NCBI GenBank assembly: GCA_977020255.1
Contig: CDROCS010000650.1
Coordinates: forward strand, 1 to 64,000
DNA from: Obrimoposthia wandeli
Taxonomy: Eukaryota
Direction: 5' to 3'
DNA length: 64,000 nt
In this document: in pieces, positions 12,445 to 27,400 of the stretch
Layout of the letters: every line of letters starts with the position of its first letter
How positions within the stretch are numbered: the stretch's first letter is position 1
Notes under the pieces: model-generated
What the model was told of the DNA's origin: nothing
The model's input: the letters and a program-made list of their open reading frames with translations, nothing else
The model's database searches: none
Made by a program: the position numbers and the translations under genes

Positions 12445-15400
12445 CTGCGACGAAAAATTATCCAACCACTATTAATGTAAATAAGGTACAATGTGATCGT
12501 TATAATTAATCGCCACCAGATAAATGGACAAATATAGATAATTAGGCTTGATTTATTGTATTTATAATAATACGTGAATAACGAAAAAGTGAATATATAA
12601 TAATCAAATTAGGAGAGTTTACATTAAAAATAATAAAAAGAAGGTTTACTATTAACTAAAATTTGGAAAATGAAAAAGTCTGGTTTGTTTAGAGGTTGAT
12701 AAATGTCAATGACTATTTTGCTTCTTATTTTAAGACAATTTCTCCAGTTCTGTCTGGAGATTTCTGGTTTTATAAAACCCATCTGCAGTGTTTCCGATAT
12801 ATTTTATTTGATATTTTATAACGACTTACAGCTGCAACGGACCCTTTAAAATTTTCCATTTCTTTGAGGATAGTTATACAAGTAACTAGAATACAATAAG
12901 TGTACCGCAATATATACTTTTCATTTAGCATGATAACACTAATTTTTGTAAATTTATGTAATATTGAAATCGTACTACATAATTTAAACTTTTTTTGTGC
13001 ACTATCACGAATATTTATTAGTCACAGAAATTTTAGAACGATAGTTTTGTAAAATAAGAAGAAATTATTGAAAAAATACATTGATATTGTGTCTGAAAAT
13101 AATCCTAGACAAATGATACTCTTTTGAATTTCGGATGTGATAATCGATTCGAAGTATTGTGGTGACTCACCTTCATTTATGGTAGGAGTCATTGTGCTTG
13201 CTACGGCAACATCATCTCTGCTATCAATAACAATCGACAATGCGGTCTTATTGTAGCTCCCGAGAATCACACCAGGTGACTGGATGATGCAGTCATTACC
13301 GGTTGCATTTTCCGGCTTGAATTGCGGCAGGTCAATAAACTTTTTTTCGAAATCCACTTCTGCCAGTACGCTGAACAAAATTTTATACATATAAAATTTA
13401 CATGATAATTATGGTATTTTCCTGGAAACTGTTTCATGAAATGAAAAATTATTATGGCTACTAAATGTGTACAAATTCCTATATTATGATTCAACAAAAA
13501 AATTAATTATTTTTTATTCATATTTTTTAGTTCTATTTAGCATGGTATCAGAATAAATCAAGGTTCAACATTTTATTCAAAGAAACAAATATATTACAGT
13601 AAAATATAGATTTAGTAAAAAATATGAATAAAATACCAAATGAAATCCATAACCTGTACACTTTGATATAAGAATGAAACAGATTAAGTTCTTACTTCAG
13701 TTTTTTAACAAGTGTTCTATTTAGTTCTGATAAACATACGATACATTTATGTGGACCACAAAAATAAACTTTAGGGAATTGTGAAATACATTATAAAAAT
13801 AAGTACTGTTCAGTGTCTTCGTCGAGTTTGCGTTTGAAAAGTGCAGATGCAGACTTCTTCCGGATGTTTATGGAAAGTTGCGAGTTAAGCTGGAATTGGA
13901 CAGCGGTGGTATTGGTGCTGTTGCTTGGAGAGTCGGTGGAGTGCTGATGGTGCTTGGAGGAAGAGAGTGAGTCCGCCATTGGAGCCAGATAAGGAGACTG
14001 TGGTGCAGGCATAGACCGGGACGGGTGCGAGCTCATGATCTCGGTACTGAGCTGGAGCGGCGGTGGCTTGAACTTGGGTCGTGTGGGAGTAGTCGATGTG
14101 GGAGTGGAGCTTGCTGATGTGACGGTGGAGCTGTCGAGGACAGGGCTCGTAGAGACGACAGCCGGAATGAGCAGATACGATTGGCTGGATCTGCGTCCCG
14201 CGGTCTTCAGGTTGGCATCGCCAGAAGCCGGTATCAGGTGACGAGGACTACACAAGGGACTCACAGGCACAATTTTGATGTGATCTGGTACTTGTGTCAT
14301 GGCATTTGGACGGCTCTCCTGAGTTGTACGCAGCAAAGGCACCGTCGTCAGAGTGCTTGAGGCACGCTGGAGGCAGTTGGCATTCACCTTGGCCTCGAGG
14401 AGTATTTTAGTACTGCGCTGCACTACGTTGCTTCCATTGCTTCCGGTGTGTTGAATACTGAGGCCTCCGTCTATAACAGAAAGAACATACATATTTTATT
14501 CTTTATGCTTCTTATTCTTTAAATGCTTGTTATAATACAATGCAACAAAAAAACGCCGTATTTGTTAAACGCCGTAAAGTAGAACATGTCATTAAATACT
14601 CATTAATTTAAAATATATATGTAGACTGGTACCAAACCGTTTTGATGTTGATATTTTAAAAGCCTCGTGATCCAATCAGTGAAATAGTAAACTTGACTGG
14701 TCCTAACACAACCGGTATATCAGAATTAAAACTACTCTGTGATTGAATAACAGTGAATATAAATTATCGTATTTCCTAGAAGTGAAAACAGATATTAGTG
14801 ATATAGATAGAATACGAATGTAGAAACTTCAACTAGTCAATATAATTATTATTTATCAGTATTGAAATTTCTGTTCATTCTCTACATTTATCTATACTAG
14901 TAATTAAAATATATTTCAACAACCATTTCATAAAAAGTATATAAACACATCATATTACAAATGAATTTGTTTCTTTATTTGATACATAATTAATGTTAAG
15001 GTGTAATTTTACTACTCCCTTAATTGTCATTTATTCAGTACATTGTATGCAGTTCATTATAAAAATATTCAAGGATATTTAGTAAATGAGCGCTCTTATT
15101 ACATCTAAAATCATAGTATCTAAATTCCTTAAATTTTCGTATATCATCACTCCGAAAATTAAATTAGAGAAATCCATAACATTTGTAATGACATTTAAAT
15201 GATTCAAACATAACATAATTATAATATATATTTCCTATAATGCCAATTTCTTAATAACTATATTTTCTAAATCCTAAGTGTTTCCTGAATCCTTCAATAT
15301 TTTTACACTCCACAATGGGTTTATTTTAAAATATTGTCTTATTTCATTATTTTAAATCTTTGAATTACTTTTGTTGTCTATCATCGTCATTTTTTCAAAT

Positions 15401-18400
15401 TAATTTAATTTGAGATTTTAATTTCTAAAATCTTATAAGTTATGTAATCAGAAACAGGAAATATCCTACTAAGAATATTTGAGCAAAGATAGCCATGTAT
15501 ACCTGTATAATATAAGTTGTGTTGTGGAATCTAACATTTGAATTATGTTTACGATAAAAAACATAACTGGCGACCACGCTGAAATAAATGTAGTGACGAG
15601 AAATAAAGCAAAGACAAATCTCCTCGAGACTATACCAAAAGAGCAAAGAATGATGTTTCAGTACAACATAAGAAGATATGATAGAATAAATTCAATGGAA
15701 TGTGAAAATGGTTAAAAGATATAGGAGAGTGGGTCGACGCAAATGAGATTAATATTGAGGAAACATTTGAGTTGCTGTTGTCCGATGAAGCTGCATTATT
15801 ATGGAATGATGCCAGGGAAAGGATAAATTCAAAAATTGTAGGCAAAAAATGGTTTGAAAAAATCTTTTAGAAAGGAAATCAATAGTTGACAAAGTTTGCA
15901 AACTCGTAAAGAAGGCAAACGTTGCTCAGCGTTCAGCATTAGAGTAAGAAAACTCGTTGCGGCCATGATGGAAAATAATGTTAGCAAAAATGAGCTTTCT
16001 GGCGCTTTTATTAGGGATAAATTAAGTGAAAAACCGAAGCAGCAGTTATTATTAAAACCGCAGATGCCAAAAAAGAAAAAGGGGCGTTGGCAAAGGTCTA
16101 TAGCGAAATTCAGAAAAGGAAAACTAAGATCGCAACCGTCTAGACAACCGTCCTCATTTCTCAAACAATACAAAGAAGCATCCAGTACCAGTACCAGCAC
16201 ATCACGAAGAAATAAGATATGTTAATGAAGAAATAAGATATGTTAATGAAGAAAAAATATACATAAAAAGATGCACAAAACCAAAATAATAGGTTACCAA
16301 TGTCGAGGATTTCCTTAAAAACAAATAGCTAAAAGAAAATATAACTTAACTAAGGGTCTGCCTGTCACAAAAAGTGAAGAACTTCAGCCAGGAGCATGTT
16401 TTTGTTGTGGTGTAAAAAGTCATTTCCGAAACCAATAATAATACACAAAACTTTGGTTGAATATTTCCGGAGTTCTTGATCACAAGAGTAAAGATATCCG
16501 AAAATAAGCATGAAATAAATGAAAACCAACGAAGTTTCTTATTTGTTCTGTTGAAATGTTCTAGCACTTCCTTCTAAATGATCGTTAAAATGGCCTTGTC
16601 TAAGTTTACTAACGTGTTATAAATTATTTATATATATATATAGTGAGTAAGAGAGCGAGATAAAAAATTATCTTATGTTCAGTAAAAAATAATTTTAAAT
16701 AATGTTTGCATTGTCTATAATTAAAATAAAAAATACAGTCAAAATGTATGAAAAATTTTGAGATAATTTAAAAACGCGGTTTGGTGTTACAATTTTACCC
16801 CAAATTATTAACTATGTAATAATTTATTTACCAAAATTCAATTAATCACTGTTACACGCAAGCTGCAAAAAACTATCACAACATAAAGCAACGTATTTAT
16901 AATCACAAAAACCTTTTTTTTATATATTTTCTTAATATATAGATCAAAAATTTATATATTAAATTATATTTATCTTATAAAAATATCTGCTGGTTACCAT
17001 AGTTTTCACTTTGAAGTAAACTTTAAGAAAAATTTACGTATAAAACAATAAGCTTCTTAAATCTGTTTGAAATTCTTCCACAAAAGTATTGAAAGATTTA
17101 GCAAAACTTTAATTCACTAATTTTTTAAACCATGTGATTTCAATCAAATCTAGTTAAAGTGTCAGAATTCACTGTAAAAACATCAAAATCAATTCAATTT
17201 CGAAAAAATCACGACACAAACTCGATACATTTCTCGAAAATAAAATAAATAAGTCATAAAATATTCTTTATGGTTCAATTCAGCTTAGCAATTTTAATTA
17301 GACAATTACAAAAGTACTATTTTCAACTATAGTAAACGAAATATTGATGGTAATTATTGATCATTTAAAGTCATATCGAGGCATCATTTCTTTCCAAATA
17401 CGATTTCTGCTGGAGATTTCCTACGAGAATTTTTATTTGGTGCATTCGACATAAACTACATCTTAGACAACAATACCATAGAATTTTTAATGTAAATTAT
17501 GCTTTAGAGTAATCTGGATTGCATTTCGAATGACAAGATTTTTTTCCAATTTTGTCATTTAGTCAACACTCAAGCTATTTACTTAATTCCTTCATCGTAG
17601 CGCTTTTGAAACCTTTGCTTGTATCTGTATGTATGACTCTTGGAGCTCTAAATTTGAATGTCCATAGGTTTTTCAGTATGTTAGTAAATTTTATCTTCTT
17701 GAATGTTAATGGCATCTAATGATACATATTTACTTTTTTGATCAATAATATACATTAACTAATTTCATCACTGATTTCATATTTTCCTGGCAGTGACAAA
17801 TTTTTCAAAAACTGCAGACATGATCACATTGTTAAACGAATATTCATAGCACAATTTATTTATTCATAATGTTTACTTAACAATGTTGAAGACTTAAAAT
17901 ATTCACTTGAGGATTTGATGTTAATAAAGTTCTGAGCAACTTAAGTTCAAACGTACAACATATATAAAAATGATAACAATACATATATCTCACACCAACA
18001 TTAGCTTGCTTTTCCCCTTTAATTTAGAATGAATATCAGTCAGTATAGATGCAGTAAAGTAAAAAAATGATTCCATCAAATTAGTTAAATTTTGAAATTC
18101 TATTCGAATCCTTATTGAGATCAAAATTAATCTAATATGAAAAAATATAACCAAAGAACTTGATAGAAAATACTACTGATATCATTAATAAACTGTATTC
18201 TATGTTCCGTTTCTTTTCTGAGTTCAATGATAGTTGTAAAAATAGAAAGTTTCTCTTCACATTAAAATTTTCATCCATGATAAAATATATTATACGATAT
18301 TATACGATATTGTCAAATTTACTTTAATTGGCATTGATAATAATAGATATTATACGACATTTAGCATCTAGATTGAAAGATAACTGAATAAAAATTATTA

Positions 18401-21400
18401 CTTGAGTTAGCAGATACTTGTTGGACATTGTTTGAAATGGGCTTGAGAATATGGTGGGCAAATGATGCGTGAGAGTTGGATGCTGGCTGCTTCTTGTCCG
18501 GCTCGGCAGACTTGGGTCTCTTGATATCAGAGAGGGGCGAATGGGAATAGTTGTTGGTCCCTGCGATAGAGAGCGAGTCTTGGATGAGAGGCAGCTTGCG
18601 TTTGGTGGTATTGGTGGTGGTAGGTATTATGGTCGTAGGTGATTGGGTAGGCTGCAGCCGGTTACTGGCAAGATTGCGGAGCGACGACTGCACTGTAGAG
18701 GGTACCCACTGTGTTTTGTGAGTAGCTGTTGAACGAACCAAAGGACTAGTGGCACAAATGGGATAATGGGTCTGACTTTGCTGAGGCTTGTTTGTGGTGA
18801 GAATGATACTGACGTGTGACTGCTGTTGTTGTTGCTGCTGGTGGTACTGTGACTCTGTGATGACAGTGTGAGGAGCACTGCTCGGATGACACAGAATCGG
18901 CGTGGAAGAGGTTATAATGGTAATCGGAGATCGACTAGAGCTTGTCAGGGAGCTTGAACCCATCTTCTGACACGTCAACAATGACGGAATATTGGAGAAG
19001 GTGAAGAAGGTCGGCTGCTCTGATAGAGATACATAAGGCTTCATGCAATCTGTTTGTGTCATTGCTGGTCCTTCGGGTAAATTCATCTTAGACTGTTTTT
19101 CATGATTTCTTGCTGAACAGATAATAAGAGAATAATAATAAAAATCGTCTACAATTAGGTATTTTATACGTTTGACTAAAAAATTTAAATGCAGACTTAT
19201 GATTTCAGGTTATTCATATTAATATTTGTTAACATATTGTCTCTGCAAATACACGTTCTGACATATATCTTAGCTGCGTTGGCAGTTTTAACTCTGTTGG
19301 CGCACATCAGCTCATATCTAAAAGTTTAGCTGCATGTATTCCGAATTGCAAAGATTTTATTTCATATTTGAATGATTTTACAATTTTGAAAAAAATATTT
19401 TAGTCCTTTGGATCTGTGATATTTGAAATTATAAAGTAAGTATAGTTTTAACAATTTTGAGAGATTATTGATTAACAACATTCTTTATTATAAATTAAAT
19501 TTATCCAAGTAACTCCAGAAGAATTAGGCATTAATAGTCATTTCATCTTTAAAATCACATTTACCGACTGTTTTCCAAATTCAACTGACACGAGAAGGCT
19601 TAAAACGTGGACGCTCTGAATCAAATGAAATTTTATATACATATCGATGATAAAGCATTATACACATCGCAGACTTTTCTTTGCAATCACAAAATATGTT
19701 TGTTTTTACACAAATTAAATGCAATAAATATATTTATGAATCTAAATTATTTTTTTTTAAATATTTGCATGAAAATAAAAAATATAGAATTAACTATTTT
19801 TTGTTATGGATTTATTAAAATAGCAAAATTATTAGCTATTTAACATATCTTTGACATTTGACATTTTCTTATGAATATTTACTCAAATTTTACTTAAAGA
19901 AATTCAAAATAAAACATTTCACATGTGTTATTTTTGTAAAAACAGACTTATTTTGAGCTCGTACGAAGAAGCTTTTTAGGTAATTTAATTTATCATTATC
20001 TATCTTTATTTAATTCCGAGCGTCCCAGTTATAAGACTTTTCTTGAAATTTAACTAAGACCATCCTAAACTCGAGTTAATTAATCTAATCTTGTATTACA
20101 CTAAGAACTAATATCAATCTCAGAAATAAGATTGATGTCAGAATGTGTATTTGCCAAGAGAATTTATTTAAATGATTAATGCGGATTTGCGATAACCTGA
20201 AATCTATATTTTGATTTTGGTACAGTGTAATAGTTATGTTTGCTACATATAGTGATTCACTAACACATATCATTCCAGAGTCGATGTATGTTGACACAAT
20301 ATAAAACATGAATTTTTTTTGCATACATGTAAACTGTATTTTATGAATTACAATGAATGGAAGGTGTAACAGTTATTTTGAATCACCCTGTACATATGCA
20401 ATACACTGACTTTTATTTGCATTATTTTCAATATTATTATTTCGAGATGTAGTATGAAATAGTATGAAATGGGTTAAGGATAAATGATTATTTGAACCAA
20501 CATTTTGAAGGTCTAATATCTGAAAATATTCCCATGTAAAGACATAGGTTGAATTATGTACACACCAGAAATTTGATAACGATTAAATTTTCAAAAATGG
20601 TAAATAATTTAAACAATGTTTCTATAGAAAGTTATTATAAAAAAAATAGCATATCAATTATGAATGTTTATTAAAATCGTTTTGTTTCATTACTTCATTA
20701 ATTAACTTTTTGTCAACTAAATTTGTGAAGAGACCAATTGTTTGCAAATTACAATTCCATATTAGGCTTACACGTAGCCAGACCGGATTCTTCAGCCATG
20801 ACCTGTGGGTTCTCGAGGAGGTACCGCTTATTGGGCGGGAGAGGAGACCGTCGTTCACATAGTTGCTGTTGCTGGTGTTTGCTGCTGAAAAGGTTCTCCG
20901 CCACCGCAGCCAACAAATCGAGACCTGCAATTTGACAACTTAGATCTGACTCTAGCTCAGTCCGAAGATCACTTGTTTGAACTGGTAACTCTGTATTTTC
21001 AACCAATGCGACTTGTGGTATAGGAGTTTTCTTGGGCTCTTTGACTTCACACACACTTTCAGAGGTAGTTTGCAGTGCAATGACTTTTTCTAGAATAAAA
21101 TTTGATTTTACTTTAATTAATTAAAATTTTAATAACAATTATCTGTCAATAATAACTAATAAATTACAATCACAATTATCGTTAAATTTAATCATTCACT
21201 TCTGACAATTAATTGAAATAAAAAAGTCAATAGATACACTAAATAATTAATCGTAATGGAATAGCACAATTATTTGGCAACCAATATTAAATAAATAAGC
21301 AGACAACCGTATTTGATGCTAATTATGGATTGAAGATATCAAATGGTTGAAGACAACTTACCAATGTTGTCATCCTTGACATTACTGAGATCGCTGTTAG

Positions 21401-24400
21401 TTACAATAGATTCAACTGAATTGTTGGATTGTTTGTTATTATTTGCATTAGTTTCTAACGTCTTCGATTTGTTTGTCTTCATAGAGGACCATTTCCAGTT
21501 TGGATAGTTTCGGAAATGGGCATCTTTAAGCTAAATGCCAAAATTTAATAGTCAATGGAAGATACTAAAATAATAATAAATATTACAAATTTTAAACTAC
21601 GATATACTACTTATAATTAACAAAAGCTATTTAAATTGTATTTTAAAATAACGGTTTGCAATAAATTTTAATGATGGTATTTTTACAATTATTTTAAATA
21701 ATTATTTTAATTTATAATATAAATATCAATTATTTATAAAACATAACTTCACATATTCTTTATTCTTAACTTGATCACATAAACGACTTTATTAACATCT
21801 GATTGCACACTGACAACACTACTCGCACTCTTCATTCATGTCTGGCTTTTATATAACTCACACACAAGAACTTTTGTGCAATTACAAAAAACTTTAAGTT
21901 ACAGAATAACAAAGTCTTTTCTAATTAGCCTATTTTCAAATTTAACTCATTACTAAGCAAAATTGCTGAATCTAACGAATTTAGTGAATTTAACAATTAT
22001 TTATCTTCATTTTGTAATTTTTTTATTCCATTAATTTCGATTTAAGACGTTCATTACAACTTTATTATGCCTATTTGTTTAATTTAATAATATTTGTTTT
22101 CATTTTCTAAGATAAGTTTTACTAATTGAATCAGAGTGTGGAAGAGACTATAAAGGCCCCTGAATTTACCTGTTGAGCAAGCATCTGGTACTGTTCCTTC
22201 TCGGCATTTGTCATCTGGTACCACCATTCACCGAGGATTTGGCTGACGGCTCGGTTATCCTTGTTGGGGTTCTGCTTGTGCACCTCCGCCCGGTGTCGCA
22301 TGGAGAAGATCATGAAGGCGTTCATTGGCCTCCTAATGCGACACGATTTGAGCCCAGTGCTCGGTGCTACCTCATCAGTGCGACGAGTTAGTGCGACTGT
22401 TGTTTCTACGACAACCGCACTTAATGGTGAACTGGTTATAGTGGCCTCGGCTTGAAGTGGAGTTGACTTTATTGATTGGTTATCGGCAACGGTGACTTCG
22501 GCAGTAAATGGCGGAACTGTTGGTTTTGCGACGTCTTGTGTGTTGGGGTCTGGTGTAACAGTTGCTGACTCTCCCGATGTTGACATTCCTGCTACCAGAG
22601 AAACGGGTTTTATTTCCATTAATTTTCGAAACATTAAAAAGTTTGTCAAATATCTTATATTTTAGTACATGTTTAATGGTTACTTAATAATTTAATAAGG
22701 AACATACCAGATTCAATAACTGGCAGAATTTGATACCATTGCGACACTGTTCCACTGGCATCTTTGTCATCGTTGTCACTCGAATTTCCATCTCCACCAC
22801 GTTTAGTTTGTCCATCTTCCCTTTCATCTGAAATTGAGGGGAAAATGATAATATTAATACATTAAAATATTAATAAATATAAATTTATTAAAGCTGTTTA
22901 AAACATTGAATTTTGTTACCAAAGGATTTTCAATCGAATTCAGGTTTTAATATATTTTCAACCAATATTATGTTTCTTTTAATAGCCTTGATAAATATGT
23001 TGTAATTATATTTCCTAGACCTTTACATATCTTACATTATAAAATATAATATAGAGATTCCCTTAGAAAATGTAGAATTTGAAGAGTAGTTGTATCATAA
23101 CGAATGATCATTCTCAAACTTTAAATTAATACGATGTGCGTTTTTTTTCATTGAAGTGGAGCGGTTTAACACTATGCCTATTGGGGAATTTTTGGTAAGT
23201 AGAATTGGCGATGTAAGATGAACCCCACATGATATTCTTTCCAAAATATTTTTTTGTTTTTTCAAGTTCGTTTCTTCAAATTAATAAACGCATACATACC
23301 GATTGTATAATTAAACATATTGAACTTATGCTATAAACTTTCGAAGTTCCTTGGTAGTCTGTGGTTGTTGGCTTTCCTTGTTCTGATACCCTATAAACCA
23401 TACATTATATTTGTAAGAAAACGTTCCAACTAGTCTGTGTTACTCATTTTCAAAAGGTTTTATGAAGTTTATAACTGCTTTAACAAGAATATATGTATTA
23501 ATATTTACATATTTTGAAATTGTTTTAGGAGCTTCTAACACCAACTCAAAAAACGGTATTAGTCTAACTATATAAGTACAACATTCATTAGTATGGTATG
23601 AACCCAATAGAAAGAACTGGTACATATATCATTATACCTTTGTTGTCTCCTCCATCATTGTCCAGATTCTCTTCATCATCACCATCGCCTCCTCCATCAT
23701 CATCTTCTCCGTCAACATCGCTATCTCCGCCATCCCGTTCGTTATCCGAGTCATCGTTGTCGGTTGTCGTCAAGATTGGCAGCAACTCGAGTGGTGTCAA
23801 ATAATCTCGCTCTGTTGATAATTCTCTGTTACAATTCACATAAAAAAATTGAGATAGGAACGAAAATATTTTTTCAGAACAAGATAATTTATTTGTTGGT
23901 AATACCATTTTTTCTACTGATTCATCAAAACTTCATTCAATTTGTCTTACAAGCATAGAAAGATTTGATATGGTCACCCAAGTCAACAGATCTTAATCAT
24001 ATGGATTTCGTTTTTTTGGGGTACAGAAATAAATATTGTATGAAAATGTCAATTAACTGAAACAAAAGATTGAAGCTTGCATCGCAGATTTTCCAATTAA
24101 TCTGCTGGATTATGCAGTAAAAAATCCTACATGTTTGGAAGCTGTTCTACTTTATGAAGGAAATCATATTGACAAATTTGTATAATTTTCTTAAACCCTA
24201 CTTGATATATATTTTTAATAAAATTCGTTAAAAAATTCGTTTTTTTCCAAAAAATATTGAGAAAAACATTAAATTTATTCTTTTGAACACAATTAAAGGT
24301 ACTTTAATTTACAAATCAATAAGTGTTGGAAAGCCGACCAGTACCAATTCTGATATATTATCATCAATGTGACAATAAAGTATAATAAATAAATTGAAAA

Positions 24401-27400
24401 GATTATTTCAATACATATAAATTTTCGGTTTCTTAAAAGCAATGCAACGTATTTTTGTACCGTTTCTTATGTGGATTGAACTCCAGTGTGCATTTATACC
24501 CAAGCTAAGAAGCACAACATTAGAAACTGCCTTGATTATATTCAAGTTAGTGCCAGTTCTAAATGAATTTATTGATTTTTGTAGCCAGAAATGTGAAGAA
24601 AATAATAGTTATAAAATCGATTTAAAAATGATATGAATAAAATTTTATTTCCCGATACTTTATTTTTGTCGATAATATTCTAGTTTGTAATTCAAATAAT
24701 TTAACATAACTATAAATAAATAATTCACCTCAATTAATCTGTTTAATTGACGTAAAATTGTCGAAAATAACTGAGTTTAAGCGCCGTGTACTGAAACATA
24801 ACCTTAGCCATTGTAATTCCAATACTGTCATTTTTTTAGAGAACTGAACTATGTAATCTTTGATCAGGAATATTATAAACATTGTATGGATGTCAGTGCA
24901 TAAATGAATATCACATAAAACCCATTATAATATTTAGAGGCAGTTATTTAAGAAATATAATGGCGAAACATAGATCAATATATGAGCACTTAGTTGTCTA
25001 AAAAGTTTTAAATTTGGTAAAAATGAATAAGGACCGGAAAAAAAGAATTCGACAGAAAATAAAAGTGTACAAATGTTGCAAATATTCCGCCTTCAACCAT
25101 CTTGGTATATAATCGCTAATCATGCCCTTCTAAAATGTATTTTTCACAAATCCTAATGTCACAACCTATTGAAGATTATTAGTCACTGTGTACCTCTGAT
25201 ATATACGGAATTGATAGAGGACGAGGTGTGTATTCAGTATCCAATTTGTTAAAAGCCACTGAAATGGTGGAATAAATGTGATTATGAAAGTAAAAATTAA
25301 TTTAAATAGCGGATATTGTAAAAAAGATTTAAAAATTACAGTTTACACGGCAATCAAAAAATTTAATGTTTTTTTAATAAAATCATTATATAAATAATCA
25401 TATTTTGATCAAATTTAACATTGTCGAATCGGAATTTTAGAACACTGCTTTATCAATTGTAGGACTACTACATTGTGATCTACCTATTTAATCAAATTTC
25501 TCTAATTTCTTTAATTACTCTATAAAACCGGTAACTTTAGTTTCATTAATTTATTTACTGTTTCTAATAAAGCTAGGTAAATTTAAATATACTATTTAAT
25601 AATCAAAAAAGTAACTTACTTATTTTTAAAAATAATAAAATTAATATATGTAAAAATACACGAGTTATTATATCACTGGTTCCATGTACAATTTTAATAA
25701 ATGTCAAAGAAAACATAGATATTTGAATATAAAACATTCAAAAGTATGGTAAAACTTTGAGCCTGAAAAAAACATCATTTTTGTTGATGTTCTAAAAATA
25801 TACATTGTCTAATTGGTAATATAAAAAAATATTCATTTTTTACAACTTATAACTTTCTGATCTCTATATAAATTTTATTCAAATTTTATTTCACCAAAAC
25901 ACAATATTAATTTATTTCATTTAATAATCACAAATCAAAACGTCCACTATAATTTAAAGTAAGAAATTCTATCTAAATTACTTAATATTTTAATAAAATA
26001 CTTTGTTTCTCTTTAAAATAATTCTTAGATAATAATAACAGTAAAAAATTAAATGGGAACTTAAATCCAAGATTAAAATAAAACCATGCACTTAAGTTAT
26101 CGTCAATAAATTGTTAATCATAAATCATATAATTAAATAAAAGTAAGAAATATTTTAAAACAAATTGATTATTAAAATGTCATAAAATTACAATAGACTA
26201 AATTAAAAATAATTAAACCTGAATTGTTTGAATTTCTGTCGAATATGGGATATGGTAGAGATCGATTGATTTTCGTCATATCAAGATGAGCATTGGATCC
26301 CGCTTCTCGATGAGTGACCGCATTGGATGAATGGTGTGTATTCATAAACAACCCCGGATGACCATTCATGTTGAAGGTGTTCGGATGAGATATGCCAAGA
26401 GATGACAAGGACGACCGTATTTCTTTGCCCTTAGAATAAACGTATTTTATGTAGATTTTAAAATAAAAAATTACATGGTAGTCTTATAAATTTAAAAAAT
26501 TATATGGTTGACTAGTTTTATAATTCAAAATTGAAATATTCCGTGTAGATTCTTTAATTTGCATTATACTTTTGTTTTATTTAATTATTTTTTATAACAA
26601 TGCTTTGAACTACATTTAGTTACTTTTTAAAGTATATATTAAAGTAAGTTAGAAATTAGGCTACATATTCATAAATTTAATTCTAGAAAATAACTATATC
26701 TTGAATAGAAACTCTTCGCCTTTTATTTTCAAAAAACCATGATCGTGGGTGGTTATAATTCATAGTATCACTGTCATATATTGTATTTTCATTTATTTCT
26801 TAGTTCTAAACGTGTTAATCTGTGATTGTTAAAATTAAATTTTAATTTAGAAAAAAACTAAAAAATGTATTTATATTACTTTTTAACTACATGTTTTTAT
26901 ACAAATCCATTTTGTCTATTAGTTAGATTTAAATCTAACAAATTAACAGAAACCAGATTTGAATTAAGATTTGTTTACTGAACGGTTGTAGTTGATTTAT
27001 CTGGTAGTCATTACGTTTGTTATTATCAGTTATTTTATAAAACCAAAGTTCAGTTATGTTACACAACTCAAATAATTTATCTGATAATTATAGTGAAAAT
27101 ATTGTGCTAATTATAAAAAATACTTTTTATCTTAATCCACGTGTTTTTTATTCAATTTTTAGTTTTATAATTAATTTTAATAAATAGTTATTGAATGACC
27201 TATTTTGATGTTACATAAAAGTTTTATACATTTTTACCTATTATTTTATAAAGCATTGTCTGCAAATTCATTATAAACTAAATCTTTATTTAAGTTACTT
27301 CTGTATTGTAACACAGTCCCAAACTCAAAACTATATAAATGAAATAAAAGTAAATTAATATTCCCAATATAATCATTTTACAATTTAGTTCATATAACAC